The position numbers and the translations under genes are program-made. Below, piece by piece: positions 26,775 to 40,072 of a stretch of DNA of 64,000 bases. Source of the DNA: Stegostoma tigrinum (Eukaryota); the NCBI RefSeq assembly GCF_030684315.1, contig NC_081363.1, positions 27,840,116-27,904,115 of the forward strand, written 5' to 3'. The notes under the pieces are model-generated. The model was given only the letters and a program-made list of their open reading frames with translations, was not told where the DNA came from and did not search any database. Each line of letters starts with the position of its first letter. Position 1 is the stretch's first letter.

Positions 26775-27850
26775 CTCCTGCGTATCACGTGTGACGTGTT
26801 CTTGTATGTGCTGAGGAACTTGAGTCACTGTCCTAGTGACCCCTCCCCTTCTGAGAGTTTTAAGGCCTACTTCACGCATTGAACAAATTGCTCCCCCTGG
26901 TTGGTTGTTGCAGGGTGGTACAGTGCCGATCTCACATGTCTGACCCCATGATTTTCCAGGGACTCCTTGAACTCTGGTGCCACAGTCTGTACACCATTGT
27001 CACTCACAACTTGTTCGGGGTTCCCAGACATAGTTCTCTCCTTGTTAGGAGCTTTCATTGGATGGCTTCTTGTCAGAGGCCAGAAATCAAATATTCTCAA
27101 AGCACCTTGGAGGAACTCTCTGAATTCGCAATTTTCCACTAACCTCTTAAAATTGGGTGATTGAATGTCCTCTGTGCTATACCCGTTCGTAAAAACGGAA
27201 ACATCCTGTGATCAACAGCTGCTTGGGTATAAAATAATTTCCTATCATCGGTACAATGGTGTTGTGTCCCATGAGAGACACTCCCATGTCGGCCCCTCCA
27301 TCACTGACTGTGCTAGTGTACAGCTCCTTGCTAGTTTCGCCTGCTGCCCAAAACCCTCGTAACCACTCTCACAATCACTCTGATATCTCCCAGGTAAGCT
27401 TCGTCAGCCTTCAGCCTGACTGCCATTCCTGGCCCACTCCCAGGTGAGCACCTTCTTCTCTAGCATCGACCCTGGCCTGTGTCCCCTTTGTGACCACTTC
27501 CCTCGATGTTGCTTCATTACACCATTTACAAAGTCCGGGTAACATCTCCTCTGGACAAAGAGAGAGGCATTTACGTGCAGTCCGTAGGCCAGTTCCCACT
27601 CTCATCGCCAGTTGTAATTTTGGTGTTTCCTTTGGAACCAGGAATTATGCACAAGATAAGATCAATGGTAAATCTGAACAGGAACAGTTTATTGACAATG
27701 CTCACACCTCCACAACCTCTTCTAGACTGGATCCAAACTCCGCCCTGCCAGGTCACCTGACCAGCTCTCCCAAAGGGGCAGCACTCCCAGCAATATGCAT
27801 ACCAGTAGTGACCCTGGGAGCACTCAATGTTTATTCTGGATACCATGACA
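26775..27850 (-). mobile_element. Internally deleted Gypsy element: LTR (27850-27613, TGT...ACA), PBS-like TGGCGATGAG, gag remnant, integrase core
   Basis: Integrase GNPEQVVSDNG...HGVRHVRSALYHPAT in ORF 26867..27139; gag ENCEFREFLQGALR; AATAAA within the LTR; ctcatcgcca at 27601-27610. Confidence 0.8.
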
Positions 27851-28173
27851 CAGGCCGCGGTCGATGCTGGAGAAGAAGGTGCTCACCTGGGAGTGGGCCA
27901 GGAATGGTAGTCAGGCTGAAGAAGTGTACCTGGGAGATATCAGAGATTTCATGAGAGTGGTTACGAGGATGTTAGGCAGCAGGCGAAACTAGCAAGGAGC
28001 TGTACACTAGCACAGTCGGTGATGGAGGGGCCGACATGGGAGTGTCTCTCATGGGACACAACACCATTGTACCGATGATAGGAAATTATTTTATACCCAA
28101 GCCGCTGATGATCACAGGATATTTCCGTTTTTACAAACGGGTACAGCACAGAGGAGAGCCAATCACCCAATTT
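27847..28173 (+). repeat. Inverted copy of the Gypsy leader/gag segment 27150-27483
   Basis: Reverse-complement match; ORFs 27165..27362(+) and 27961..28170(-) give near-identical peptides; gag motif YFIPKPLMITGYFRFYKRVQ. Confidence 0.95.
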
Positions 28174-30509
28174 GGCAATAGGTCAAAAATCCTGATCATT
28201 ACTAACTATTGCCCTCCTTCAACTAATGAATCACTTAGAGTAGCAAGGCCACAATGTATGTTCCATAAAATGCCTTCAAAGTTCATTAACGTGCTAGCAC
28301 ATTAATTACTGAGCTGACTTCTGAAATATATATCTGCCAGACTGGGCCTGTGGCAGGTGCTGGAAGAATCAACATGAGAAAAGTACCCACTAGATCATGG
28401 CCTCACTAAATGTACTTGTTCCGTTATTTCCAGAACCAACCCTCCATATAGCTAACCATTCAGGTACAATTGGAACACTGGCATTTGCCATGCTTAGCTC
28501 TTGTAAAAACCTAAGTCCACAAGAACCTTGCAGGTCCAGGGTCATATCATCAGCCCACTCTTGCCTTCAAATCTATCCATGTCTTGAACCTCCCTATCTC
28601 TTTCATCTTCTACAATCCTGTGTCCTTCTGAGATGTCTGTGCCCCTCTGATGCTGGCTTCTTAGCCATTGCTGATTTTGTTTTGCTCCATCACTGACCGC
28701 CAAAACTTCAGCTTTGCCCTAAACTCTAGAATGTATTCCCTACATCTCGCTGCCTCTCAACATCGTTTTCATCCTTTAAGATGTCTCTTAAAATCTATCT
28801 TCCAGCTAAGTTTCTGCGCACTCACCTTATTCGCTCCTTATGTAGTTTAGCAACAAAATTTCTTTGGGAATGTTTCTTCAGAACAGCTTGTGCTGGTTTA
28901 CTATGTTAAATATGCTCTGCAACTGCACATTTTTAATGTTAGGTGGGGTAGTGGGGAATTTATAGAATGCAAAGTAAAGAAATGGTGCAGGGAGAATTCA
29001 GTAGTTGTTCAACTACCATAGCAATGCGACAAAAGTACACTCTTCGTAAAAAGGGAGCAAAGGAAGAGGTGCATGCCCTTGGAATAAGAGAGATGTTGCA
29101 ATGTGCCCTTGTAATTGTATGTTGAATGATGTGTAACAGAGAACAGAGATTTTCTGTAAGTCCTGGAAAGATGGAAGGAGGTTTGACTGCTGCAGTAGGT
29201 GGAAGATGAGAAGCAGTATTCATCTGTGCTGCTTCTTTGAGGTCACTGAATCTCTTCCTACTGAAACTCAGTCCTGGGTGTCATGTAATTGGTATTGATT
29301 CTACAGTTCTGCACCAAAGTAGCACTGGGGAATCTCCTATGGACGCACTCAACAATCTCGTTTTTATGACCTCCTCCACAAGGACATTCAGGAAAATCTT
29401 TGGGATTTTCTTCATAATCACTAATCAGTAATCCCTGCTAAAGCTACAAGAAGTAAATTTTCACCTTTGCTACATTGGTAGTAGTCTAGCAGAGCAAACC
29501 GCCTGCCAATTAAATAACCCAGCCAATTTACTTTCCATTTATTCACTCTTTAATTTTTAAAGCAATTCTAAATTTCATTCCAACAATTTTCACTCGTATG
29601 CACCCGGGCCTGTGCACAGCAATGATGATCTAATCACAAGGTATTTCTTACAAACAGCTTAATTCATTTTAGGTGAGCTTTGCATTTGTTTTTAACAGTT
29701 TGTGCAAATTACACCGCAGTATCAGCACAAAAGGAAAAGATTCTCCCTCAGGCTTAACAGAAAATCTATTGCCTTTGTTCACTCAGAACAGGAAGCAAAC
29801 ATTACCTCCATTCTGAACTATCCCTGACAAACAGCACGATATCAATTTGGTTAGTTATCAAGTTTGAAACTGCCAGTAAAAAGTATTCAGTTGTGCCTCA
29901 TAAGCTCTTTTGATGGTTAATTAAAATGCAACTTAATGAGAACATTTCAGCGATAAGTTCATTCTTTGCAGATGTTAAATGAAAATAACGAGATTTGGGG
30001 TGAACGAGGGAGTTAATGACCTCCCACTGCTGAAACACACAAACTTAGCAGAACTTTCTTCATTATGTGTAATTCATTATGCCCCCAGTGAGACATTTTC
30101 ATCTTATATAGAGTTCCTAGCTGCATCTGGGTAAACAAAGCCCCACTGAGTTCTTACCTACTACAGCCTAAACTGAATATATTTGCATATTACTGAATCT
30201 CCCTTCATCTACAGCCCACTAGTTCAACATTAAAATTTCATTTCAGCAGTAAGAGTGACAACTAATGGGGATTCCCTGCAACAACAATGTGCTTGTGAAC
30301 GAGGAGAGTAATTAGCCTGTCTGGTACAAATGATAGGATCACAATAGCCACGGTGCCGAGCTGCGGTAATAAGCACACACATAGTGACAAGCAGAATGGA
30401 AAGGAAATCGTTTTTTCCTCAAAAGTAGAAATTTTGCCTTAAGCCTGCCACAATCCCTTAACTGTCTTGACACATTGCTTGTCCAATATTCAATGCTGGA
30501 CAAGCAAAA

Positions 30510-31075
30510 CTTTCCTCTGTTAAATGTTCTAAAAACCAATGCTTTTGTCTTTGATCCCCACATGAATCTCCGTTCCCTAGTATTTATTTCATTTCCCTTT
30601 CTTGTCATTCAGTTGAGCTGGCATCCTCATATCCTGCCCAACACCAAGACTGCCTATTTGCATCTCCATAATATTGCCTATCTCTGCTGCTGGGAATCTC
30701 ATCCATGGTTTTGTTATCTCCAGTCAGGACAATACAAATACTCTCTTAGCCCGAAATCCTTCATGAAATGATCCAAAGCTCTGCACTTGCATCCTAACCT
30801 ATGACATGTCCAGCTCACCCTCATCCATGCTCACCTAGAAGTTACACTCTAATTTTTGTGTTCCAATTCCTCCATGGCCATGCATTCATTACTTCTGCAA
30901 ACTCTTGCAGCCACACTACCTTTTAAATGTTAAAATTGCTCTGTTATAAAATTGCTCTTCCCATCATTCTGTCCTTGGTGCCTGTGCCTCCAGTTGCCAA
31001 GTTAAGTTCTAAGCGCTGAAATTCCTTCCCTACGCCTCTCTCATGTACTTGAAGACACATCTTAATAACTATCGC
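30510..31075 (+). mobile_element. Old L2-type LINE 3' fragment (related pieces at about 28530-28925 +, 58020-58540 +, 61330-61810 -)
   Basis: accaagactgcctatttgcatctccataatattgcc (TKTAYLHLHNIA), then ctgaaattccttccc...cttaataactatcgctttg. Confidence 0.65.
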
Positions 31076-31329
31076 TTTGGGCAACTCTTTTTTTCCACTC
31101 ACTCACGGGATGTGGTTGTCGCTGGTTAGGCCAGCATTAATTACCCGTCCCTAGTTGCCTTTGAGAAACTGATAGTGAGCTGCCTTCTTGAACTGTGGAA
31201 GTTTTATTTGTTAGCATTCTAGTGCATAGTGACTATTTTACTGCACTCCAACATAACATAATTGTAAATTCCTGTTCTTGATGTTCAAAAGCTGTTGATT
31301 GAAGCATCATGTAATAGATATATTAACAA

Positions 31330-32175
31330 CAATGAAGCTTGGAAGAAAAGTGGGTGGTGGAAGCATAAACACAGAATGGTTGCGGGATACAAAACAATAA
31401 GCTGCGAATTTTTCACATATTGGGAGGTATACATTGAAGTTCACAAAGGGTCACTACTAAGTCCACGACAAACGTTGTGTTTGATGTGCACTGATGATTT
31501 GCTTTTAGAACTGCAAGGCATAATTTCAAATTCTGCAGAATACATGAAATTGTAGTAAACAGCACAATATGAAGTTATATATTTTAGGAGGTTGTAGATA
31601 TGTTCATGGAATGGAAGGGCAAATGACAGATAAAAATCAAAGCGCAAATACATAAAATAATACATTTTAGTAGAAAGAACAAAGGATTGCAATTCTGGGC
31701 ATCATACTTTAGGAAGGATATGAAGGCTTTGGAAAGGGTCCAGAAGAAATATTACTAGGATGGATTATTCCAGGAATGAGAGTTTGGAGTTATTTGGAAA
31801 GATGGGACAAGCTGATATTGTTCTGCTTTGGGCAGAGAAGGTTTGGAGGACATTTTATGGCTTTTTTTTTAATCATGAAGATTTAGTATAGTAACAAAGA
31901 GAAATTGATTGTAAAAGCTGAACAATAATCAAAAGACAGAGATTTAAGATGATTGACAAATAAAAGCTGAGACAACATGTAGCAAAGTGCTTACGCAATC
32001 ATTAAAATTTGAATTGCATGTCCATTGACAAAGTGATCCAATAGGAGATTACAAAAGATTACAGGCCTACAGGAAAAGATCTGCTAAGTGGGGCTAACTG
32101 GATTGATTTCTTAAAGAGGCTTGATGGGCCAAATGGACGATTTCTGTGTTATTCTATTGTATGATTCTATGATAT
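31330..32175 (+). mobile_element. Old CR1 LINE
   Basis: caattctgggcatcatactttaggaaggatatgaaggctttggaaagggtccag (QFWA..FRKD..ALERVQ); ctatgattctatga-type tail. Confidence 0.75.
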
Positions 32176-32469
32176 GGGTCTTCCTGCAATAATTTGGCCA
32201 TACTCATTGAAGCAGTTAAAATTCAGGGCTGGATTTCCCAGGAGGGCTGCAGCTTGTCTTCTGTCTACCATCACAACTCTTGTTTTTACTTGTAAGTATC
32301 AATGGCCATGTTTAAAAGCACTTCATTCAAGAAATGTGTGATTGCATATTTTGTATGAAATGTTGATATTTTCCATAAGTTAAATTAAAAGTTCATCGTG
32401 AGCGAATCCTTACACTGAAACGGTTTGACATTTAATTAAAACTAAGGTTGCCTCTCTCTTTTATTGCAG

Positions 32470-32514
32470 TACTTCCATGGGCGATCTTTGAGTACCGATC
32501 AATCAAGTTTCCAG
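32470..32514 (+). other. Candidate 45-nt internal exon of an unknown gene
   Basis: ctaag branch-like site, cctctctcttttattgcag acceptor, CAG|gtacta donor; open as YFHGRSLSTDQSSFQ or LPWAIFEYRSIKFP. Confidence 0.3.
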
Positions 32515-35500
32515 GTACTAATTAGACAGCAGCATACTGTGAACCATCCAGATACGATTCTAAAATAAAATGAAGCCAATTTCATGGCATTTCTCTTTAG
32601 ACTGTGTGCAATAAAGGGCTGTTGAATTTGTGGATTGACACGATGCCACAGCAAATGCCTTAAAGAATAACTATACTGTTCAACAACATCTATTTTCATC
32701 AAACTTAAATATATCATATACCAAAGATGTACACATGGAACAAAGTTGAGTTTGATCACGTCTCAAGTAACAGATGAAGGAAATGTGCAGAACATTAGTT
32801 CTATTAGACACAGTTAATTGATCCTCTTTAACAGCCATTACACCCATGATAATAATATCATGAAATGTGTAGTTGCACTTTAATAGATTGCTGTTTTGCT
32901 TACATCAGGTTCGAGTCAGGTTTAGTCAGACAACAAGGAATAGTTACAGGAATAAATGAGGCTGTCAACCTTGAACACTATGATCTCAATCATTGCTCAA
33001 TGATATTGTTCCTTGATTGTATACATAATGATCAGAGTTCCCATTCCTAACGGACTACGAAGAAAGGAAAGGAAAGAAAATGGGGAGGAAAGCGAAATGG
33101 AATACTTCATGGGACAAGATGAGAAAATAAAATGTTTTTTCTATTGACTTTTGTATTCTACTAGGCCTCATAGGACAAGTTTACGTCTCCCATCTCAAAC
33201 TCCACATCCTTGTTGTTCTATAAAACCCAGAATGAACTGGGTAGAAAGTGAAACAACTGCATTTTTATTAGGTTTGGGAATCTAATCCCCAGGGCAATGG
33301 GCCGTGCAAACCAGAATAAAAACAGGAGGGGCATTCCACGAAATGTTATTTTTCTCTTTGTTTCAAACACTTCCGTTTATTAATTCCAAAATATTGGAGA
33401 ATGGAGGTTAGTGGTGGTGAAGATTGGATTGCATTTTACAGTTTTTTGTGGCATTTGGTGAGGGAGGCAGATGGAAGGTGAATGGTTGCCTGGTTTTTGC
33501 CTATTCTCTCAGCTCAGTGAATCAAACATTTGCGGCCATCCAGCAGAAAGGCCTCCAGTTAGCAGTTGGGGGTGGGGGGCGGAGCTGCTCCTGCACCCTT
33601 GTCAGGATTTCAGGCAGGAGAGTGGTGGTGCTATCAATATCAGGTTAGTCACAGGTGCCAATCTGAAGGTCCCTGCTCTCTCAATCTCTCCTCATCTGTT
33701 TGGAAGCCTTGAAACAATGAATACATGAGCACTTTAAACATACAAACATGCCACCTTTACAGCAGACTGTACCTCTATATGATGCCACGATCCTATTTAC
33801 AGCCCATTTCATCTCCTAAGATTTGATGTAAATCCCTCTCAATCCACCCAATGCCTGGAAAACGGCAGTCAATGAGAAATTGTATTAACCTGGGACTTCA
33901 GCAAGTTTAATGGCTTGTTAATATTTAAAAATGGTGGGTGTATTTCCAATTTTCAAGCCTGATCTTATATTGTGATATCGGAGTTTCGTGTAATCGCAAA
34001 TGATTGCCACGCTGACATCATCAAACTATAGTATTTGTAAGCTTTGTGGGTTGGGAATGTGAGTGAGGTTCAGCCACTCTTTGGTCTCAGCTGCAAAACC
34101 AACCCATGGTCAAGGTTGATTCAACTGAGTAACAAAGGGTCTGCTCCCTTTCCAACTGGCACAGGAGGGCAGTGGACCTGGGAGACGGCTTGATGGTGGT
34201 TGGACGATCTGCCAGATGTACTTGGGTGATTTAAAGCAAGAAGCCATGTGATAAAATCTCTAGAAATAAGTATTTTGCCCCTGCTACTTTGGGAGAGTAG
34301 CAATTTGCAACCACCTCACATTGTGACTGCATCAGCATGGCATGAGCAGCTCTGAAAGTGTCCATGATTGTTACTAACAATTCGACAGCAGTGAAAGGCG
34401 AACGAACCAAAAAGTAAGCAAGCTCTTTTAATTGTGGAGGAATCTTGCTGGGAGTGGCAGGGGTTATAGCCGCCAAGCAAGACCGCAATAGCAATAAAAG
34501 TGTTGCCTTCCAGACACCAGCGATCTGAAAGAAAAACATAATGTGCAGAAAGGACTTGGCATCTCCGGCAGCATCTGTGGAGACAAACAAGAAAATTAAC
34601 ATTTTAATTTTAACATGATTCTTCTCTGGAACGGGACCTTGTATTGCCCAAATTCAGGAACTCCTAAAGTGTATTGCTCAACTCATGATCAAGGAGCTTG
34701 GGGCTTAAAGGCCTATCTGACAAAAACTGCCAGGCAACCAGAGGCCCAGAGCTCTCCTGCACTCAGCAGAATCTTCAGGAAAGCAATGGTTGTATCTGGC
34801 ATAACAAATCATCCAGGCCTTAGATCACAGAAAGTCACTTCTATTCAAAATTCATGAAGAGGGTCAGCAGCGAGGATGGGGCAGGGAGGATCCCAGTGGG
34901 GATTACACCACCCCTCCACCATTCTGGATATTGAGACCCTCTATCATACACTAAATTCCTTTGAACAAGATAGCACTCAAGGGTTTGCCTGTTGTGTTCC
35001 CTGCACAGCAAAACATGTTCATCCATGGCTAGGAGGAGTTGAAGTCCTTAGTACCCACTAAGAGTATCAATTTGTGATTGGGAATGATATTCACTGGTTT
35101 TCACACTCATAATTGGGGGTGGAGTCCAAAAACATCACTTCCCTGCCCAATTAGTTATTCCCCCACCATCAAACTCGCTAGGAAGGGAAAACTCTGAAGA
35201 AGGGCCACTCAGCCCAAAATGCTGACCCTGTTTCTCTCTCCACAGACGCTGCCTCTTCTGCTGAGTTTCTCCAGCAACTTCTGTTTTTGTCTCAGAGGGC
35301 ACAGACTCCTGACTTAGGAATTATATGAGATAATTCAAAAGCATTTGCTTTCCCCTTCATCTTCCAGTAATAATTTACAAACAAAAAATGGAATCAAATG
35401 TAAAATACATGCAACTTTTGCTCTGTTTACTTGCATTTACCAAGCACTTTATGAAATCAGACATCAGAAAAGGTACTACACTTTGAAGTCACTGACTATT

Positions 35501-37011
35501 CTGCAGTAGTAAAATCCTACAATTAACAATGAATGATGACTCAGGAACAATGCTTGTAAATCAAGCAACTGGATCTACATCGTATAGTTCAATGGGTTTC
35601 CTTAGCCTCCACTTGAACAGATAATTGGAGCTTTTGTTCAAGATCCCTTTGAAAAGACAGCAACTCAACAAACCAAAATGATACTTCGGCCTTCCAGTGT
35701 GACCTAAGTTATTAGCTGCACTCCAGGCTTCAAGCCATAACTTTTAGACCCTGATTTGAAAGTACAACAGCTGAACCAGAATCTTGTTGAGGAGTTGGTT
35801 CCAGATGGTGAGGAGGCACGAAACCTGGCTTGACACCTTAAGGCAAGGCCCACCAAATCAAATGCCAATTGGCCATTGATAAGGCAGGCCATTATGTGGC
35901 CTGAGATGTCACACTTGGAAATGCCACAGAGAAGGCTATGCTTGCTGCCATGAGGACTCCCAGAATGATGGAAACCCCAAGCTGTAACTGATTTGTGGTG
36001 GAGGAGTTTAATGAGTTGGGGGTCACTGGCACTTGCAGCTGGGTCAGTCCCACAAGTGGCAAATGATGCCCTTGAATGGTCCTTAGTTCAAAACTTCGGG
36101 ACCTCAGTTTGCTGTAGGGTGGGCAAGTCAACAACCGAACTTCCCATCCTGAAACTAATTTAGGTAGAGGTGAGATGAAAGGTTTCAAGTACAGCACATA
36201 ATGTTTAATCAAATGTCCTTCTCACCTTCGAGCTCACTACATCTGGGAACAGAGGATTCTGCCCTGTGTTTTATCGGGATTGGCAAAGAGAAACATATGA
36301 AGGATTTTGTGACAGGAAACAAGGAAAAGTAGATTTGACAGGTGAGAATTCTCCTTGCCGTGGGGACACAGAACTTAAACCAATAGACAAAAGAACTGGA
36401 GAATAGATAAGAAAATATTTATTATCTGCAGTGAGCTGTTGTTAGTGGTTCAATAGCATGGTGAAAACAGATTTCCAATAAAAGGAACTTAGATGTATGC
36501 TTGAAAATGGCAAATTAGGAGGGAAATGGGGAAGCAGCAATGAAATGTGAGGCTCATTGGATGGGTTTTTCAAAGATTCAATTAAGGAATGATGGCCTCA
36601 TCCTGTATTCTCTAATGCTATGTTCACAGATCCTTATTTGACAGCAGAAAACACTGAGTTTATTTTTAAATCATCAGACTACAACATGCTTTCAACTGTT
36701 AATAAAATGAACTAGTAGAGGAATTGAAGAATGCTATTTCCTCACTACTGGCAAGTTTTTATAATGAATTTCAATATAGTAATTTAATCAAGATACTCAA
36801 ATAACATAACAAACCACAGAAGCAAAGCCCTCATGATTTTGATGCTCATCCCAAGATTAGATTGCAACCTTGAAATTCCTCCAATTTCTATTACTATTTG
36901 TAATGTCTGGTCTCAATTTCATACAGGGAGTCTAGTTCTTTTGTAATCAGTTTTGATGCTGGTCAAGGCTGATAATACACTCCACGTCCTTGATGTCTGA
37001 ATTAAATTTCT

Positions 37012-37090
37012 TTTATTGATTATGGTGGAGAAGCAACGGGAAGAATCTTGAGCAAGTTGCAGTAAACCTATGCGGTGGTGCCGACACATC
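37012..37090 (-). other. Candidate 3'-terminal exon of an unknown gene
   Basis: Acceptor tttttattttcag, then GA TGT GTC GGC ACC ACC GCA TAG, and AATAAA about 50 nt after the stop; CpGs retained. Confidence 0.3.
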
Positions 37091-37116
37091 CTGAAAATAA
37101 AAATCATCCAACCTGT

Positions 37117-38322
37117 GGGAATAGTAAGAACTGCTGATGTTGGAGCCAGAGATAACACAGAGTGGAACTGGAGGAACATAGCAGGCCAGGCAGCACCAGA
37201 GGAGCAGGAAAGTGACCCTTCTTCAGAAATGGGAAAGGGGGCAAGGGACTCAGAAATAAATTGAGAGAGGAGGGGTGGGGCTGGGGGAGGTAGGTGGGAT
37301 GGTGATAGGTGAGTGCAGGTAGGTAGTGGTGGGAATTGGTCAGTGGGATGGGAGGAGCAGATAGGAGGGAGAGAAGATGGACAGGTTATGTTAGATCAAG
37401 GAGGCAGGAATGAGAGGGAGGGTTGGTCATGGATGAGGCTGGGGCTAGGGAGATTTTGAAACTGATAAAATCCACATTTAAGCCATTGGCCTACAGGCTC
37501 CCGAGGCAGAATATGAGGTGTTTGTGGGTGGCGTCATTGTGACACTGCAGGAGGTCCATGATGGATATGTCACCCAGGGAGTGGGAGGGGGAGTTAAAAT
37601 GGCTAGCGACCAAATGGTGTTGCCGTTTGTCATGAACAGAACGCAGATGCTCTACAAAGCAGTCTCCCAGCCCCGCCTTTGGTCTCACCGATGTAGAGGA
37701 GGCCACATCGGGAGCAGCGGATGTAATAGGCCACATTGGTGGAAAGTTTTTTTTGGGGCCTGTGATGGGGGTGAGGGGAGAGGTGTAGGGGCAGTTATAG
37801 CACTTCCTGCGGTTGCAGGGAAAGGTGCCGGGATTGGTGGAGTTAGTGGGGGGTGTGGAGCGGACAAGGGAATCATGGAGAGACCGGTCCCTACAAAAGG
37901 CAGATGGGGTGGGGAGGGAAGAGGCAGAAAATGATATGTTGGATGCAGATTTTGGTGGGATGATACATGAGGACAAGGAGGATTCTGTCTTTGTTTTTGT
38001 CGGGGGGAAGAGATGTTAGGGCAGGGGTGCAGGGAACACAAGAGGATGTAGTTGAGAGCATTTTTGACAGTGAAGAGGGGAAGTTGCGGTCCTTGAAATC
38101 GGGGGACATCTGGGATGTCCAGGAGCAGAGCAGTCCATCTTGGGAGTAGACGCAGCGGAGGCAGAGGAATTCGGAATAGGGGATTGCATTCTTGCAGGAA
38201 GGTGGATGAGAGGAGGTGTAGTCTGGGTAGCTTTGGGGGTCGTTGGGTTTGAAAGACTTGTTGGTTTTGAGATGGTCACCAGAGATGGAGACAGTGAGGT
38301 CAGGAAGGAGAGGAAGGAACTC
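37117..38322 (-). mobile_element. Penelope-like element, inverted arm (RT C-terminus, GIY-YIG, pseudo-LTR plus tail)
   Basis: YTSSHPPSCKNAIPYSEFLCLR; PGTFPCNRRKCYNCP; LGDCFVEHLRSV. Confidence 0.9.
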
Positions 38323-40072
38323 ACTGCCTACGTCCGGGACACCACCCATATCCTCTACCTCCTACAAGACTTCCAACTCCTTGCTCCCAGCACCTCATCT
38401 TCACTAAAGACACCCAATCCTGTACACTTGTATCCCCCATGCAGATGGCCTAAAAGCCCTCCACTGCTTCCTCTCCCGCAGGCCCAACCAGCACCTCCTC
38501 TACCGACACCCTCATCCGCTTAACTGAACTCGTCCTTACCCTTAACAACTTCTCCAGTAACTCCTCCTACTTCCTACAGACTGAGGTGGTGGCCATGGGA
38601 ACCCGCATGGGCCCAAGCTATGCCTGCTTCTTTGTAGGATATGTGGAACAGTTCCTCTTCCACAGCTACATTGGCACTATCCCCCACCTCTTCCTCCACT
38701 GCATTGATGACTATATCAGCACCGCCTCGTGCTCCCACAAGGAGCTTGAACAGCTCATCAACTTTATTAACACCTTTTACCCCAACCTCAAGTTCACCTG
38801 GACCATCTCCAATACCTCCCTCTCCTTCCTGAACCTCTCTGTCTCCATCTTTGGTGACCACCTCAAACCTGACATCTATTTCAAGCCCCCCAAATTCCAC
38901 AGCTACCTAGACTACACTCCTCTCACCCACCTTCCTACAAGAACGCAATCCCCTACTCCCAATTCCTCCGCCTCCACCACATATGCTCCCAACTTGGGGC
39001 ATACCACTCCCAAACATCCCAGAGGTCCTCTTACTTCAAGGACCGCAACTTCCCCTCTTTGGTGGTCGAAAATGCTCTCAACCGCTTCCTCTTGTGTTTC
39101 CTGCACTTTTGCCCTCACATCCCCTCCCTGCAACAAAACAAAGGCAGAATCCCCCTTGTTCTCACTTATCACCCAACCAACATCTGTATCCAAAGTATCA
39201 TTCTCCGCCACTTCCGCCACCTGCAATCCGAACCCACAATCAAAGAGATGGTTCCCTCCCCACCCCTATCTACCTTCTGTAGGGGCGGCTCTCTCCACGA
39301 CTACCTCATCCGCTCCACATTCCCCACTAACTCCACCACATCCAGCACCTTTCTCTACAACTGCAGGAAATGCTACACCTGCCCCTACACACCCCCTCAC
39401 CTCCATTAAAGGCCCCAAACAAACTTCCCACATTAGCCAGAGGTTCACCTGCTTGCTCGCCAATGTGGTCTATTGCATCTGCTGCTCCCAATGTGGCCTC
39501 CTCTATATTGGTAAGAACAAGTGGAGACTAGGAGACGGTTGTGTGGAGCACTTTTACTCTGTTCAGCACAAACGACCACACCTTCTGGTCTCGAACCATT
39601 TTAACTCTCCCTCCCACTCTCTGGGTGACATGTCCATCCTGTGCCTCCTCCAGTGTCACAATGATGCCACCCACAAACTGAAGGAGCAGCACCTCATATT
39701 ACACCTTGGGAGCCTATAGCCCAATGTCCTATATGTGGTTTTTACCAGTTTTAAAATCTCCCTGCCCCCGGCCTCATCCTGTGACCAACTCTCCCTCCCA
39801 TCCATGCTTCCTTAACCTGACACAACCTGTCCATCTTCTCTCCCAACTATCCACACCACCCATTCCACTGGCCAATCCCCACCACTACCTACCTGCACTC
39901 ACCTATTACCATCCCACCCACTTACCCCAGTCCAACACCTCCTCTCTATTTATTCCACAGCTCCCTGTCCCCCTCCCCAATTTCTGAAGAAGGTTCCCGA
40001 CTCGAAACATCAACTTTCCTGCTCCTCTGATGCTGCGTGGCCTGCTGAGTACCTCCAGCTCCACACTGTATT
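38323..40072 (+). mobile_element. Penelope-like element, degenerate RT plus GIY-YIG plus pseudo-LTR
   Basis: RT motifs VAMGTRMGPSYACFFVG and LHCIDD (YIDD-like); NVVYCICCSQCGLLYIGKNKWRLGD; hammerhead-like CTGAAGA...GAAA at about 39984-40011. Confidence 0.92.

Noticed and set aside
26840-26852. Polypurine tract AGAAGGGGAGGGG (- strand) as a Gypsy PPT
   Set aside because: Integrase-like coding (FLSTYKNT) continues past it and no LTR follows.
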